A stretch of 64,000 bases of DNA. Source: Calcarisporiella thermophila CBS 279.70 (taxonomy: Eukaryota > Fungi > Calcarisporiellomycota). Positions within the stretch are counted from its first letter, which is position 1; each line of letters opens with the position of its first letter. The notes under the pieces were generated by a model, which was not told where the DNA came from, made no database searches, and saw nothing but the letters and a program-made list of their open reading frames with translations. The translations under genes were made by a program, and so were the position numbers. The DNA lies in assembly GCF_041956535.1 (NCBI RefSeq), contig NW_027192206.1:333928-397927 (forward strand), given 5' to 3'. Positions 43,780 through 56,479 of this stretch are shown here, piece after piece.

Positions 43780-44723
43780 CGCGCGCTCGGTATCTGGTCG
43801 AGTGATCGCGTTGGCCTGCGGCTGTCTTATAAATCTCTTAGCAAAATGGTACGATTAATGAATGCAGGCGAAGAACCAACCGTCTTTCAAGCAAGGGGGT
43901 TCCGCTTGATTTCTCTCTATATTGATTGTGTAGGGAAAAAAAGAAACCGTATTGAAAAGGGTATTGGAAAGGGTAGCAGTGTCGTGTGCACTGATTGTTT
44001 TTAAAAATCTACGGCCCTATTGGCCCGTCCAAAAAAGATTTCAACAGCCTAAGGAAATCTTTTATTATAAAATATTGTTAAATAGCGTTGCGAGAAGCTT
44101 ACACAAGCCATACGGACACCCAATTTTTTAACTAATTAGCACAATGTACAAAAGTAGACTAATGTTGAAATAAATGGAAAGGCATTTTTCAAATGAGCGC
44201 TCAATCAGGTGCATCGCCACATGAACCGGCTTCTAGTGGTGGCCATGGCGCGAATTGTGGCGACGAATATGTGGATCGGTGGTTAGTTTGTGGAGAGAGG
44301 CAAACAGACCCCCTAATATTCGGAGAGAACATGGACATTTCAGCCCCAAGAGCACTGAGCAAAAAGGGCTCGCTTTGAAAAGCCCCTGACAACAGTGACA
44401 TTACCAGTTACACCGCAGCCCACGACGAACAGGAGCGGGATGACCTCGCGAGGAACATTATTGCGCAAATGCCTCAAAATAGCCATGTTTATTCGAGTGC
44501 GAATTCAGGTAGTTTTTATCTTTGAATAGGGGAAAGACCGCTAGACAATGTCGAGGGAAATGTTTTCGAGACTGGGCTTTTTAAAACATTTGGCAAAAAA
44601 TCACCCGACCGAAATATGTCTGAGAATTTCCTAAAATACCACCCAAGATTTGCCCAATTCACACTCTATTGATGAAAAAGTAGTGACATGACAGTAAACT
44701 TTGCAATGTTACAGCTTGGAATT

Positions 44724-46181
44724 CTAGTGACTCCTCTCCGGTTTTTTCCATGTCTTCATAGCGTTATTGGCGCCCATGACCTAGCATGATGGGCCCGTAC
44801 AACGGGAGCAGACATTAGAAAAGCCTCATAAATAAAACTATCGATGGCTGTACCTTGTATGCAATCTGGTTGACCCAGTTTGGCATCATCTTCATCACGG
44901 GCATCAAATGGACATAGAGCGGCATATAAATAGTCTGGCTCTCGTCACGATCGAGCACATCAATGATCACTTTCACTACGTGGATTGGCTCCAGGGTCGG
45001 CGTAATGAACGGCCAAGGGAAGTAGACGCCGTTAAACAGCCCCGTGTTGACATGGCCAAGGCAAAAGAGGCTGACGTTGATCTTGTCCGCACAATGGCTA
45101 TATAGTCGTAATCCATTATGGCAAGCGTTGCTAGAATGAATTCATTGTTCACCTACCGTGAAACAATCTCCTGCCGTAATGCCTCGTGCAAAGTGTACAC
45201 TGCCGATTTCGTCGCGCTGTATACACCGGCCTGTGGGCATCCTGCGAGTGAGAGTGCGGAAGACATGGTGATCTGGAGTGGGTAACGATGTTAAGGTGAA
45301 ACCATGTAGGGGGATAGGAAAGAAAAGAGAGAAAATCATACTATATGCCCACGGTTATTCTTGATCATGTTGGGTAAAAATTGTTTGATTGTCCAGAGAT
45401 TCGAGGTAAAGTTTGTGCCCACAACGCTAAGTATACCAGGAAATGGTTAGAATAGAGACACTGGTTTCTTTTCAGGGAGAAGACGCGTACTCTTGTATCT
45501 CCTCTACAGAGAGCTCAGTAAGAAGTTTGCCATCCACGACAGCCGCATTATTAACAAGGACAGTTGGGTGGCCCACCTGTAAGGATAAAACAACGCAAAC
45601 CATAACTACGATAGATCAGAGTTTGTAATAAAATAACCGTACCTCCTTAATGATCTTCTTCGCCGCACTTTCAACTTGCTTGGGGTCGGATACGTCACAT
45701 TGGTGGTAGATAATATTACCTAACAACAGAAGGATCAGTAAGTAGTCGATAATTCCCGATAAACTGGGTGCGTACTTTGCTGCGTCTCTATGGGATTGCG
45801 ATCTAGCACGACGACGGTCACTTGCCGAATGGCTAATAATTCAGCCAGAATTTGACCAATTCCACTCGCCCCTATCAAAACATAATTGAGTCCAATGCGA
45901 CAGAAACAAAAGTACTAGGGAAGGAAATTACCTCCGGTAATGACAACAATCTGTTCCTCCCACTGAAGCTTCTTTCGCCTCTTTATACGAAGCCATGTAG
46001 CATGCACTACGTATATGATAACAAGGGCAACCAGATATCGAATTGAATAGTAAGCAATCCAGCTGTCCGTATCGACTTGGAATGCGTAGAGGATGGGGAG
46101 TACGACTAAGCCAATAGATGGGTGGAGGACGGTCACTCGGAAAAGCTGGGCTACGAAATCTATGCTGTAAGGGGTTGACAT
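44724..46181 (-). CDS. Membrane-anchored short-chain dehydrogenase/reductase (RDH10/Tda5-like)
   Basis: N-terminal hydrophobic segment, VVITG|GASGIG, CDVSD, LVNNAAVV, GHVNTGLF; ends ...KKPERSH*. Confidence 0.9.
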
Positions 46182-47274
46182 GATGCTCTTTCTAATTTTC
46201 GTATGAACAAGAACGAATGTAAAAAGAATGGCCTGTTCCTTCCTATCCGAATAATAAAATAAGAAAGCGGATTCTTCGTGTTAGGTGTCACAAAATCTGA
46301 TACTTTCAATGGACGGCACTGCATGATCCCAAGGAGCTTAAGCCGTAATTGAGACAATGCATCAACAACTATTTTGCCTTTGAGATCCAAGGTTATAATC
46401 CCCTATTTTCCTCGTGGCATCACTGAAAAACTTCTAATAAATCTTTGGTCATCTTAAATAGACTTGTAGGTGTATCAATAGAACGATATTTCTCGAAAAA
46501 ATTCGAACATTCAATATTGCGCAATATTAACGCTAGGGCATTCGATATGGATGCGTTTACCACTACGCCAGTTATAAAAGCAGGGAACCTCGTCGTTGTT
46601 AGTTGGGAGAGGATGCACTTAGTATGACTTGTTCGAAAAGCATAGCGCAGCCGGATCTGTAGTAAAGCTTTAAAATGGAGGATGAGTGTATACATGTAGA
46701 ATAGTGATATTATGCCTCAGACATATTGTAGTTCGAACTTGTTGAAGCAGTCTCCCCTATCCACCTTAATAGAGATCCCGGAGAGCTGCTCGGCTTTTGT
46801 TAAACAGTTTGTATTGACTCGCAGTCTCTTATTGGACATAGAAAACAGATATTAGTGCTGAAGCTCATATGTATATGTGAAATCATTTGGTTTTTCCTTT
46901 CATTTTACAAAGCTTATCATTTTTCTAGTCACTTCATCAGTAGAAGAGGTAGATATATATTTCACTAAGGTGTAATAGCAATCCTAACTCGTCAATTGCG
47001 CCTGTTCACTTGAAATTTATCTGATCACCTCGGTATACACGCCAGCCGCCTGCACATGTTCAATCCGGATACAAGCGAGTTCTCATCCCGAATCACCACA
47101 ACTACCACCCAGCATGCCACCACCTACCTAGTGGCCATAAGCGGCAAATTTTTTTGTCATACCGTATATTATGCCCAAAAAAAGAGCATTCAACTTAGTC
47201 AATTGTATTCCGGCCAATGAGCAATTTGCAGTGGTAGAAAGTATTCATTGCTACGCTATAGACCCCTTTCCTAT

Positions 47275-47299
47275 ATCGTCTGATATAGCGGTAGCCAAT
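47275..47299. promoter_or_regulatory. Candidate fungal SREBP site (ATCGTCTGAT, reverse ATCAGACGAT) next to a CCAAT box
   Basis: Motif at 47275-47284, CCAAT at 47295-47299 and 47214-47218, TATA-like TATTTAAA at 47366-47373, upstream of a sterol isomerase gene. Confidence 0.35.
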
Positions 47300-47432
47300 A
47301 AATGGGGGCCTAGTTTTGAACATTCTAGTGCTGCCAACGCTGCTAGATGAGCCGCTCAACCCGCCTATTTAAATACTGAAATAAGGTCGGCGGGGGAATG
47401 ATTCAGCTCCTCTGGTCTTGGACATATCCGCC

Positions 47433-48161
47433 ATGAACTCCACGATACCTCATCCGTACTACCCGCGCACGGCCAAGCTACCAGGCTACGTGCCCAACAC
47501 CCTCTCGATGTATGATTGCCTCGCTTGGGTTGGGGTGCCTGTCGCGTTGACCATGGGCTTGAGCCTATTCTTGCTCCGTCAGCGCAAGGATCTTACCACC
47601 CGGGAGAAATGCACGTTTGTCTGGTTCGCCGTGTGTGCGCTGATCCACTCCGTCCTCGAGGGATATGTTGGCGTTAATCACAAGGCAGTCGCTTCGGATC
47701 AGTCGCTGCTCGGCCAACTGTGGAAGGAGTACGCGCATGCCGATTCCCGCTACTTGACCAGCGATCCATTCGTGATCAACATGGAGCGCATTACAGCGGT
47801 AAGTGGTTAAAAGAGGCACCAAGGTATGGCGCATCTCGTCTCATGCTTCCTTGTCTAGTTCTGCTGGGGCTCCCTCTCCATCGTCATTTGCTACGCCATC
47901 TACCACAACAAGCCCTATCGCCACGTAGCCCAGCTGGTCGTTTCGGTTGGCCAGCTCTACGGCGATATCCTCTATTTCGCAACCACGCTTTTCGAGGGGA
48001 ACCCCCATGTGAATCCGCACTTCTTCTATGTATGGGTCTACTTCTTCTCTTTCAACTTTGTCTGGGTGGTAATACCCTCGATCCTTATCGTTCGGTCATG
48101 GCAACACCTTACGAAGGCCGTAGCGCGATGCCAGCACACCGATAAAAAGAAAACCAAGTGA
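47433..48161 (+). CDS. EBP: Emopamil-binding protein family sterol delta8-delta7 isomerase
   Basis: HPYYP, IHSVLEG, GQLWKEYAHADSRY, MERITA, GQLYGDILYF, NFVWVVIP; C-terminal KKKTK ER retrieval signal; 1 intron. Confidence 0.95.
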
Positions 48162-48225
48162 TCTCTGTTTGTGTCGTTCATCAGCATACATTGTAATAAA
48201 AAAATTGCACATGTTTTAATGCAAT

Positions 48226-49065
48226 TTAAGTTTTGGAATCGTAATCCGTCGAAAACATCCAAGGGCGACACTCGCCGCCCGACAAAAAGTCCGTTTTTCC
48301 ATTCCACTGCATGGCCCAACCTCCATCCTCCCTCCTTACAAATTTGCACACGCTCGCCAACCCGGAGTTGATATAGGCGTTTCTATTACCGATAAGAGCC
48401 CGTCCGGCGGCTATCACTCCGGCAGCATGCGTGCAAAGCAGTATATTCCGAGTGGGGGACGCATCTAGAAGGGCGACTAGATCGCGGAGATATGCTTCAA
48501 AACGATCATGGCACTGAGAAATAGTTTCGCAGAGGTGGGTTGTTGTCTCCAGCGGTTTGTGGGTAGGGTCGACGAGTGGAAAGAGGGCGTGCAGGCTCTC
48601 CACCGTTGGTATCGTATAGCTGTTGTACTTTTCCTCAGCTCCAAACCATTCCCTTTTGAAGGATACCAGTACAATCAGGGGCAGCGGTGAAAATGAGCAA
48701 GCGAGCACTGCATACCTTATTCCATATTCCAGTTTTACATCTAGTTCTCTCTTAGAAGCTTGAGCCACGGCGCTGGCTGTTTGTATGCACCGTGAAAAGG
48801 GAGAACAATAAATTAGGTCTAGGCACTTATCGGACATAAAGGCACCTAGCTCGCTAGCCTGCTGCAGTCCGAACGACGAAAGGGGTGGATCGTATGACAG
48901 CCGGGTGGGAGAGATCCAAGATACTCCTTCGACGGCGTTCATTTCCCAGTCGGCTCGATGGCCATGCTATAGATTACAAAGTCGATGAAATGGAAAGCTC
49001 GCATTTGTTCTGAAAAGAATTGGGTTAGAAAACCTTACGCGAACAATGTAGATGTTTTCTAACAT
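48226..49065 (-). CDS. Histidine phosphatase / phosphoglycerate mutase-like protein (Tfc7-like)
   Basis: MLENIYIVR|HGHRADW, DPPLS, SPFSRCIQTA, EWFG, LLCTHAA. Confidence 0.9.
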
Positions 49066-49537
49066 GTCTATAGGCAACAATAGCTCTCGAGAATCTAAAT
49101 AAATACCTTAAATAAAAGCAGGCGCAAACTGCCAAAGAGCCGTAATAATTTTGCCCCCCCAAATTTCTCCCCTGGAGGCCAATACGAATTCCGACGCAAA
49201 GACGGTGCCACAAATCTAGAAATTGATAAGGGGGTGGCGGTTGTCGAGTAAATGTGCCGGGCAGAGAACCCTGGACAGGGCCATTAGTTTCAAAAATTAA
49301 GGCTAAGGGAGTATACGAGAAATGAACTTGAGTCAAGAAAAGGCTACTACGCGAGCCTAACATATAGCTCTCGCCCTACTTTAATATAGTTATGTTGATG
49401 ATTTTGAAGTTCAGTCGATATTTATTACAGTTGATATCATTGCGCTGGATCCTCCAAAAATTAAATACTAAGGCTTCCTTGGCTTAATAATATTTACAGG
49501 ATAAAGATAAAATAAACGTGGAATGATAGGTGCTGCC

Positions 49538-50862
49538 TTAAGAGCGGTACTTATCGCTATATCGATGCCTTTTGGAGGCATTTCTCCTTTCTTGCCACTG
49601 CTGCCTGGCAGCCGAAGTAAGATCGGGGTTAAATTGCGAGTTGTACTTCCCAATTGGAGCCTCTTCAGGTTCGGGGGATGTTCTGCCGTGGATAAGCTGA
49701 TACGCTCGCTCGCGTTCCGCTCTTTCTCTAGCTAATCTCTCCGCGCGTAACTCCTCAAGACTTTTGCTGGAGGTGGAGTGGGACGACGAGGACGAGTGCT
49801 TATCTCGCTAAGGAAAAAAAAAAACGTATTCAATCAATCCGATCCTAGCGGCGAAACATCCAATGACCGCTCAATACCTTATGGACCCGCGATTTATCCT
49901 TCATCCTCCTAGAGTCTTTGTGCTTTTTCTCCTCTTTTTTCTCTAGTATGTCCTTTATTTTAGTGAGGGGATCATGCCGCTTCTTCGAGTACTCGTCCTT
50001 TTTTCTGATATTAACAGACATTAGAGCTATGAATACGAATAAATAGAGATAGGAGAGCCAAGACATACTCGGATTTATATCCTTTAGAGTGATGGGATCC
50101 TGAGGACGGTTTACTTTGGTCATCTCTTTCCGCACCCATCCACCATGGCTTTTGCGCTATATCATGATTCAAGATATACAAATGTTATGCGCAACTAATG
50201 TTAAATACCTAACAAGATCGGAAAATCCAGTAACATACCTTTACTATCCTTATCAAGATACATGTTCATTTGTCTAGCTAATTTCTCTTTTTTTGCCCGC
50301 TCCTCCTCCTCTGCTTCTGGATTCTCTAGTTTTGCCGTAGCAGCTGCGTTTTCTGCCTTTTTTAAAAAAAAAAAGCGTATTTAACATCTTTTTTCCAAAT
50401 GACTCAAGATCAATATATACTTTTTCGAGATCCTCCCAAAAATTAATATGCCTCGCAGGGGCCCCTTCTTCCTCAACTTCTCTAGAGACGGCACTAGTGG
50501 TCAGGGCACCCTCACCGACTAAACGACTCGCTTCGGCATGAGAAGGAGGTGCATTGAGCTGATTTTTCTGTTGTGCTCGCTCCCGTAACAAATTTAAGCG
50601 AGCCTCGCGTTCCTAGTAGCCACATAGTCATTAGAAAGAATTGGATACTAAGCATCGTCAAAAGATAATTACAGCAATAAGAACACGCTCAGCCTTCTTG
50701 CGCTCTTCTTCCGCAGCCTCCTCTTCATCCTTCCTGACTTTCTCTCGGTTCTTTACGTTATAGACATGCCAACTGAGAGGTGAGGTTAATGAAAAATTAG
50801 CGAAAGTAAATTTACAGTGGCAAAGGGAGAGCAACGTACCTTTTATGAGGGAGAATATTCAT
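49538..50862 (-). CDS. LENG1-like protein with CIR N-terminal domain
   Basis: MNILPHK|SWHVYNVKNREKVRKDEE, HINFW, PWW, DPL, LEELRAERLARE, YNSQFNP. Confidence 0.88.
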
Positions 50863-50999
50863 GTCGGTTTAATTTGTGTAGGAATATCGTACTAGTGCAT
50901 GATGGCCCCATCGACTCTGTCACGATGTGACTTTACAAATTATGGCGCAGCATTTTGTGTATAAAAAAGAACACCGTTGGATTATTTGCAGTTCTCACC

Positions 51000-51660
51000 T
51001 TTTGTTTATGTATTTTTCACTTGTCTTCATTTCTTTCATTTCTGCATTACCTCCCCTATTTTCGGCACAACAATAAGGTGAGTCCTCTTTCATTTCCCTT
51101 TGAAATTCACAACAAGCGGGGATGATATAAATTGTTGGCACCAGTCAGACAAAATCTATGGTGATTAACATCCCGGGCTCTCACTATACGCAACAACGAG
51201 TAGCCCCTGAGCTTGAATCTATTAGCTTAATTCCATTGGAATTGGAATCTCCTTAAAATGACTAATTTGTTTTTCATGCTATAGTGATATGCTCAGATAA
51301 TCCACACCTACGAATATCGCTTCGTTGCCGGTCAGCATTGACTGTTTACGCGTAAATTCTCCAGGAAGGGTTTGCTTTCAACGGTTGCTATCGTTGGATG
51401 CAGACGCTTTTTGTAGAAAAGCGCTCTATAGCCTCTATTTTGGATTGGTAGGCTCTTGGGGATGGGCTGTACACTATTTTGTTTGAAGATTCACCATCTG
51501 AATCTTTGAACTATGTGAATTGTGGTTCAAGTGAAGAACAGGTGCATGGGAAATCATGGATTATCCATTGCGCCTTTTCGGTATACTTAACCCCAGCACT
51601 TCCTATGCTTATACCTAATGAATAGTTCATTCAATAAAACTATGATACTATCCCTAACAC
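51000..51660 (+). ncRNA. Probable non-coding snoRNA host transcript (ends approximate)
   Basis: Intron 51078-51284 (AG|GTGAGT, ACTAAT, TAG), pyrimidine-rich exon 1, AATAAA at 51633-51638, no substantial ORF. Confidence 0.6.
51113..51215 (+). ncRNA. Box C/D snoRNA, predicted guide for 18S rRNA Gm562 (yeast numbering)
   Basis: Terminal stem CAAGC/GCTTG, C box GGGATGA 51119-51125, D' CAGA 51146-51149 preceded by TTGTTGGCACCAG complementary to 18S CUGGUGCCAGCAG, C' GTGATTA 51161-51167, D CTGA 51207-51210. Confidence 0.8.
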
Positions 51661-52046
51661 CATAAATGTTTTGTAAAAAATGAACCAACATCACAGTAGA
51701 CTCCAGTGCTTTACCGATGAATACTGGATTAAAAAGATATTACAGGTCAAGCATTATAGGCGTCAGACAAGAATTCAGACTTTGAAACAAGATATGCTCC
51801 TCAGCTATAATAATAAAACAGGCCATATTTCAAGACTTCAATTATGATTCTATGTTTTGCTCGTTCCATGGTTCGTTCTTAGCCCAATAAATACGAGCAA
51901 GGGAGAGTGTGGATGCATCTATGCATAAGGCTGCGTGGAAGATGAAACCACGTTCAGCAGCGCAAAATCATTAAACAAAGGTTGGCCACGATTTAATGAT
52001 AAGATAGAGAAGAGAGTTCTAGATAATAGAATACAAAAAAATAGTA

Positions 52047-55000
52047 TTAAGACAGCTGCTCCATATAGTTGGACGGCACAAGCCCCTCCTCTTCATCCGC
52101 TTGATGGCCCGCCCGCCACCATCCATCCGAATGAGTCTCCACCACCCAGAGTATGTCTCCGCACTGAAAAGAGAGCTCAATGTCGATGGCCTTCGTATAA
52201 TCATACTTTGCCCTCGCCCAAAATAGTATCCGCTCTCCGCGTCGATTATAGTTCCAACGTGCTAAGATCCCTTCGTGGAGCGCCCGCGGGGGAATGCTGG
52301 AGAGATGGCCCTGCCCATACGGGGCTGGGGGATGGCCTTGATACGGGAGGGTAATGTTGGAAGAAGTCATGCCTTGCGCTAGTGAGTACCGAGCTTCCAT
52401 ACTATTGCCTCCTTGCACGTATTGGATCGAGGAGAGAGAGCGGAAGAAGAAGGACTGCGGGTTTAAGCCGGACACGGCAGCCTCAAAGGCGTCTGGAGGT
52501 CCGTATGGAGAGGTTGGTGTACTTGACGAATCTTCCTCATATACTATCGCGGTCCGATTTACTATCTGGAGCGATTCTGCATCCCGTTTTTCACCCTCGC
52601 ACACCTCTTCCGCCGTAAGACTTGCGACCACGATCGACTCTGAAGAATTCGTGTCCGGAGATATCTGACTTTGGGAAATGGAAGAAGTATCCGATCCCAT
52701 AGAGGATGCAGCCGTCTGGGGTGGAGGCTGCCCATGAAGCTGTGTCGTTGCCTCGGGTATTTTCTCGGAAACAGAGGACGGTGGGAGAGTCTGTTCGGGT
52801 TCAATTGTCTTCCCTGATAGATGGGGTGGTAGAGTAGCTTGATTGGGAGAGGTAAGAGAGGATAGCGGTTTTTCCCCGTCTTTTGCCTCAGCATCCATTG
52901 CTGTGTTAGAATTGGCTCGTATTCTTCTGGTTGATGAGGATATGGATAGCTTTTGGTTCAGCTGGGAGAGAAGGTGGGCGAAAGAAAGCCTTTTTCCAGA
53001 GGAGGGCCTACGCCTGATTTCTCCGGATGGACCAGATGCGTCCTTTTCCACCGATACAGGCCGAGCAGCAGGAGGCTGTCCATCTTGGGATAGACACGTT
53101 TCACTAAGCTTTGGATCTGTAGAGGAGAGCATGGTGAGCGTCTGTTGAGCACCATTGGGTGGATCCAGAGATCCACCGTCATTGACAGGATTAGATTGAT
53201 CCAAAATCACAGGGCTTATTTCAGAGATGGCTTGGGGGGCAACCGCACTCTCGGGGGAGTCGTCTAAACTGATGGTTGTGTTGGTGTCCAAACTTTCAGT
53301 GTCCCCCGTTGGTCTTCGTTCTTGTTCCCCCTCTGAAAGTTGGTCTAATATCGGTTGGCTAGAGCTAGGGGCATCCACTGAATAGCGTCTGGGTTTGTTG
53401 AAGGAGGGTGTGATATGACTAGAAAGAGTCTCTACGGGCATTGTGTATGATTTTGGTATGGTGGAAGTAGCGATTGTTGAAGATCTTCGTCGTGTGGAAG
53501 TTCGGGAACCGGCCAGTCCTGTTTCGTCATCAAAGCGTTGTATTGAACTTGTAGGATAGCTATGAGAGGGAATATCTTCGGGGCTGGGTATATCAACGAA
53601 TAGCGAGGGTTCTGTGAAAAGGTAGCACAGGTGTGAATGAGCGTCTTCATCGGGTTTGAAATCTTATGAATTACCTGGTATCTCATGAATCATTCCTCGT
53701 TGCTTAGCAAACAGGGCAATATCCTCATCCACCTGGAACGAAATATGAATTCATCATCCTCATCGAAAATGGGTCAAGAATCAGACTCACATTGCAGAAT
53801 TCTAGAGAGACGCGGATGCGCTCACATGTCTACAAGGATAGGTAAATAGTCGAAAAGGGGTGCGATAAGCTGGCCTCCACTTACCTCCTCGTCCGACACA
53901 CACACCGAGGACAAGATATTGGCATAGTTCCATAAATTATTTCGCAACAGTTTTATTCTGTCCTCCTCCATAGTTTGGAATTGCTATGGTTGGGAGAGGC
54001 ACTTGCATCCTTTAGAAATTGAAACGCTCTACCACCGGCAAAACCTCTCACCTCGCAGGCGTCTTTCCATTGGCGGTTCCATTTCTCAGCGGCAAGTCGC
54101 CCACTATGAGCTGCTTTATGATATTCCTCCTCTAGAGTCCGTAGATTCCATTAATATGTCCGTTACTGAAGAAGGCTATCAGAGCTCATTGATCATCCTT
54201 TCTTACCCATGGCCCGTACGCTCTGCCGGAGTTTCAACAGCTTCATACGTATCTACACCAAGAAAAAAAAAGATTGGCTAAGGTTCTAACCAGAGTGCAA
54301 GTCAACCCATCTACACTCACGTACCCTATCCGCATCCACTCCTGAGGATGACGCCATGCTATGTTGACAATCCTGCAGCTTGAGGCACTCGTTCTCATAT
54401 TTCTCTTTCACCTATCATTCATGACCAGTCCAGTTGAAGGATAAAGCAGAACTGAGAAGGTATAGATCACCTTGCCTAAGTATGATAAGTGCAGATGCTT
54501 ATTTCTACGGGTTTTTTCGATTGTACTTAACTACAAGGAGACCGAATAAAAGTGCATTTTCAGCTCTAGTTGAAAAGAAGAAAAAAACGAATAGTAGCAG
54601 CCCAGCTCCAAAGTCTCACCACTTTTCTCTTATCGCTCTGTTCGACAATTAGGTCATTAAGCGGCATTTCTAACTCACACCTAAACTGTCGCGCGAGGTC
54701 AAGGTGTGACTTGGCAGACGACTCGAGTTCACGTCGAACAGTATCCATTGAAGTCCGGAGGGTGCTAAGGGGGAGAGAAAGGGCTAAATGAGGCGGCGGC
54801 CAAACAGTACAACGAGTTCATGAACGATAGCCCACCCTATCTCCTCTTTTCCTACTGGCATTTTGGCCAACTTGAGCAATTGCCTTCCATAATCCTCTTC
54901 AATTTTCGCTCTAATAGCAAAGGCAGAGGAGTCATTCACTCGCTCATTGGCCACAATTCATTTCATATTACCTATGGCTGTAAAAGGTCTTGATTTCTTC

Positions 55001-55200
55001 GCATGTCTGTTTGCCCCGTTGAGTTCGGATAAGAAGGGTATCGAGGCCTCTATCGTTCTTTTCTTCGAAAACATGCATACGCTTAATGAATTTCCATACT
55101 CTCCATGAAAAAGGCATCTCCGTATTACCCCAAAGTAATGAAAAAATAAAGACTCGGATTCGGGGCGGACCTTGTTCTGCACCTCGTAGGTCTCTCCCAT
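52047..55200 (-). CDS. F-BAR and SH3 domain protein (Cdc15/Imp2/Hof1/PSTPIP family)
   Basis: GLDTLLIRTQRGKQTCEEIKTFY, AKIEEDYG, QFQTMEEDRI, LWNYANILSSVCVSDEE, C-terminal SH3 ARAKYDY...GWW...GLVPSNY; first exon junction uncertain. Confidence 0.9.
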
Positions 55201-55482
55201 AGTAGCCAACTAATGGGAGGAATAGGATGGAGTAGTGCGTTAGAAGAAAAAATTTTTGGACGGGAAAAAGAAAAGAGCACACGTTAGACGCGTTGAATGA
55301 ATTATTAGCCAGTCACAGTAATAAGATTTTTTTTCCCATGTGGGATAAAATTGGAATATGAAATTAATTATGTGGGATGGCTCGAGACAAAACGTGAAGT
55401 TGGTTGAAAAAGCAGCATGGGCATGATTACATATCTATCAATCTATCTATAAATGTACATGATAAGGTCTAGCCGTGACATC

Positions 55483-56479
55483 TCACAGGTCTCTAACGCT
55501 CTTCTCTTTCTCTTCCACCACGTTATCCGTAGTGAGCAAGTTGCGCTCCATCCAATCAATATCCTCGCCGTTGAAATCGCACTCTGCCTGGCTCCTCCAT
55601 TGTTTCGTCTCCAAGTCCTCTAGTCGGACACCCCTGCTTTCCAGTCCTTCGATGGAGGCGGCAATCTCTTTTCGATCCAACTCATATCGCCTCCGAGAAA
55701 ACTCCTCGTGTTGTGGCCACCGCGAACCGAGCAGGATTCGGTGAGCACGGTGCAGGCAGGCGAGGGCCAATGTATCCACGGATGGTGAAAGGAGGAAAAT
55801 ATCCGCGGTTTGGCGCCAGGCAATGTGATCTTGTTTACGTGCCTTGTGATAGCGAACTATATACTCTAGCGCCTCTGTAAGATAGCAATTGATCAAGCCC
55901 TTATGTGTTAGTGAAAGTTCACCATGCATGCGATGAATGAGCATAAACTCACCTCTTTTTCTGCCCGCCAGGATATATACTTCGGCTTTGAAGCGGAGGG
56001 GACCGGGATCGTTAGAATCCTAAGTTTATACAACTCCATATGATGACCGAATCTTTTCTGAAAATGGGGTCTATTCCTACCAGCATCTGGATATATTCAA
56101 CCGCTTCTTCCACTCTGTTCAATCTCAAGCAACACCTTGCCGCAATCTCCATAATATCCTTCATTCCGCGGCGCTTACTGCTGCACTGCAAGTACTTTTT
56201 CACCAGACACAGCGCATCGGCGTACTCTCTTTTTGCGTAGTATTGATTGATCGAGTAAATGAGACGGTTGTAGCCGTCGCGCTCGGCAAGAACCCCCGCC
56301 ACATCATCGTTTGGATTGACCAAGAACCATTCCGTCGAGTCGATCTTGGCATTGTAGCACGAGGGCGTCTCAGCCTTTGGGATGGAATGAGCCTCTTCTC
56401 GAGGCGCATCGTCGCCCGAGTCGTCTTCGACATTGATGAGATGGAAAATGCCGTGGAGCTCCTCTGCGTCTGCATCCAT
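55483..56479 (-). CDS. Uncharacterised helical/TPR-like protein
   Basis: Three exons with canonical splice sites; TPR-like YAKREYADAL...AARCCLRLNRVEEA. Confidence 0.65.

Noticed and set aside
44193-44510. Small ORF MSAQSGASPHEP... between SEC31 and the SDR
   Set aside because: 61 aa, no motif and no convincing exon chain
46620-46745. GTTCGAA B-box-like motifs
   Set aside because: No cloverleaf or A box; no tRNA supported
49538-50862. CIR (CBF1-interacting) domain gene in the same window as CSL
   Set aside because: More than 30 kb apart; the protein is LENG1-like and splicing-related; co-location is probably chance
55310-55380. CAGTCACA (Homol-D) and TGTGGGAT repeats upstream of the F-BAR gene
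   Set aside because: Not a ribosomal protein gene, and TGTGGGAT is not a true CSL consensus; likely chance
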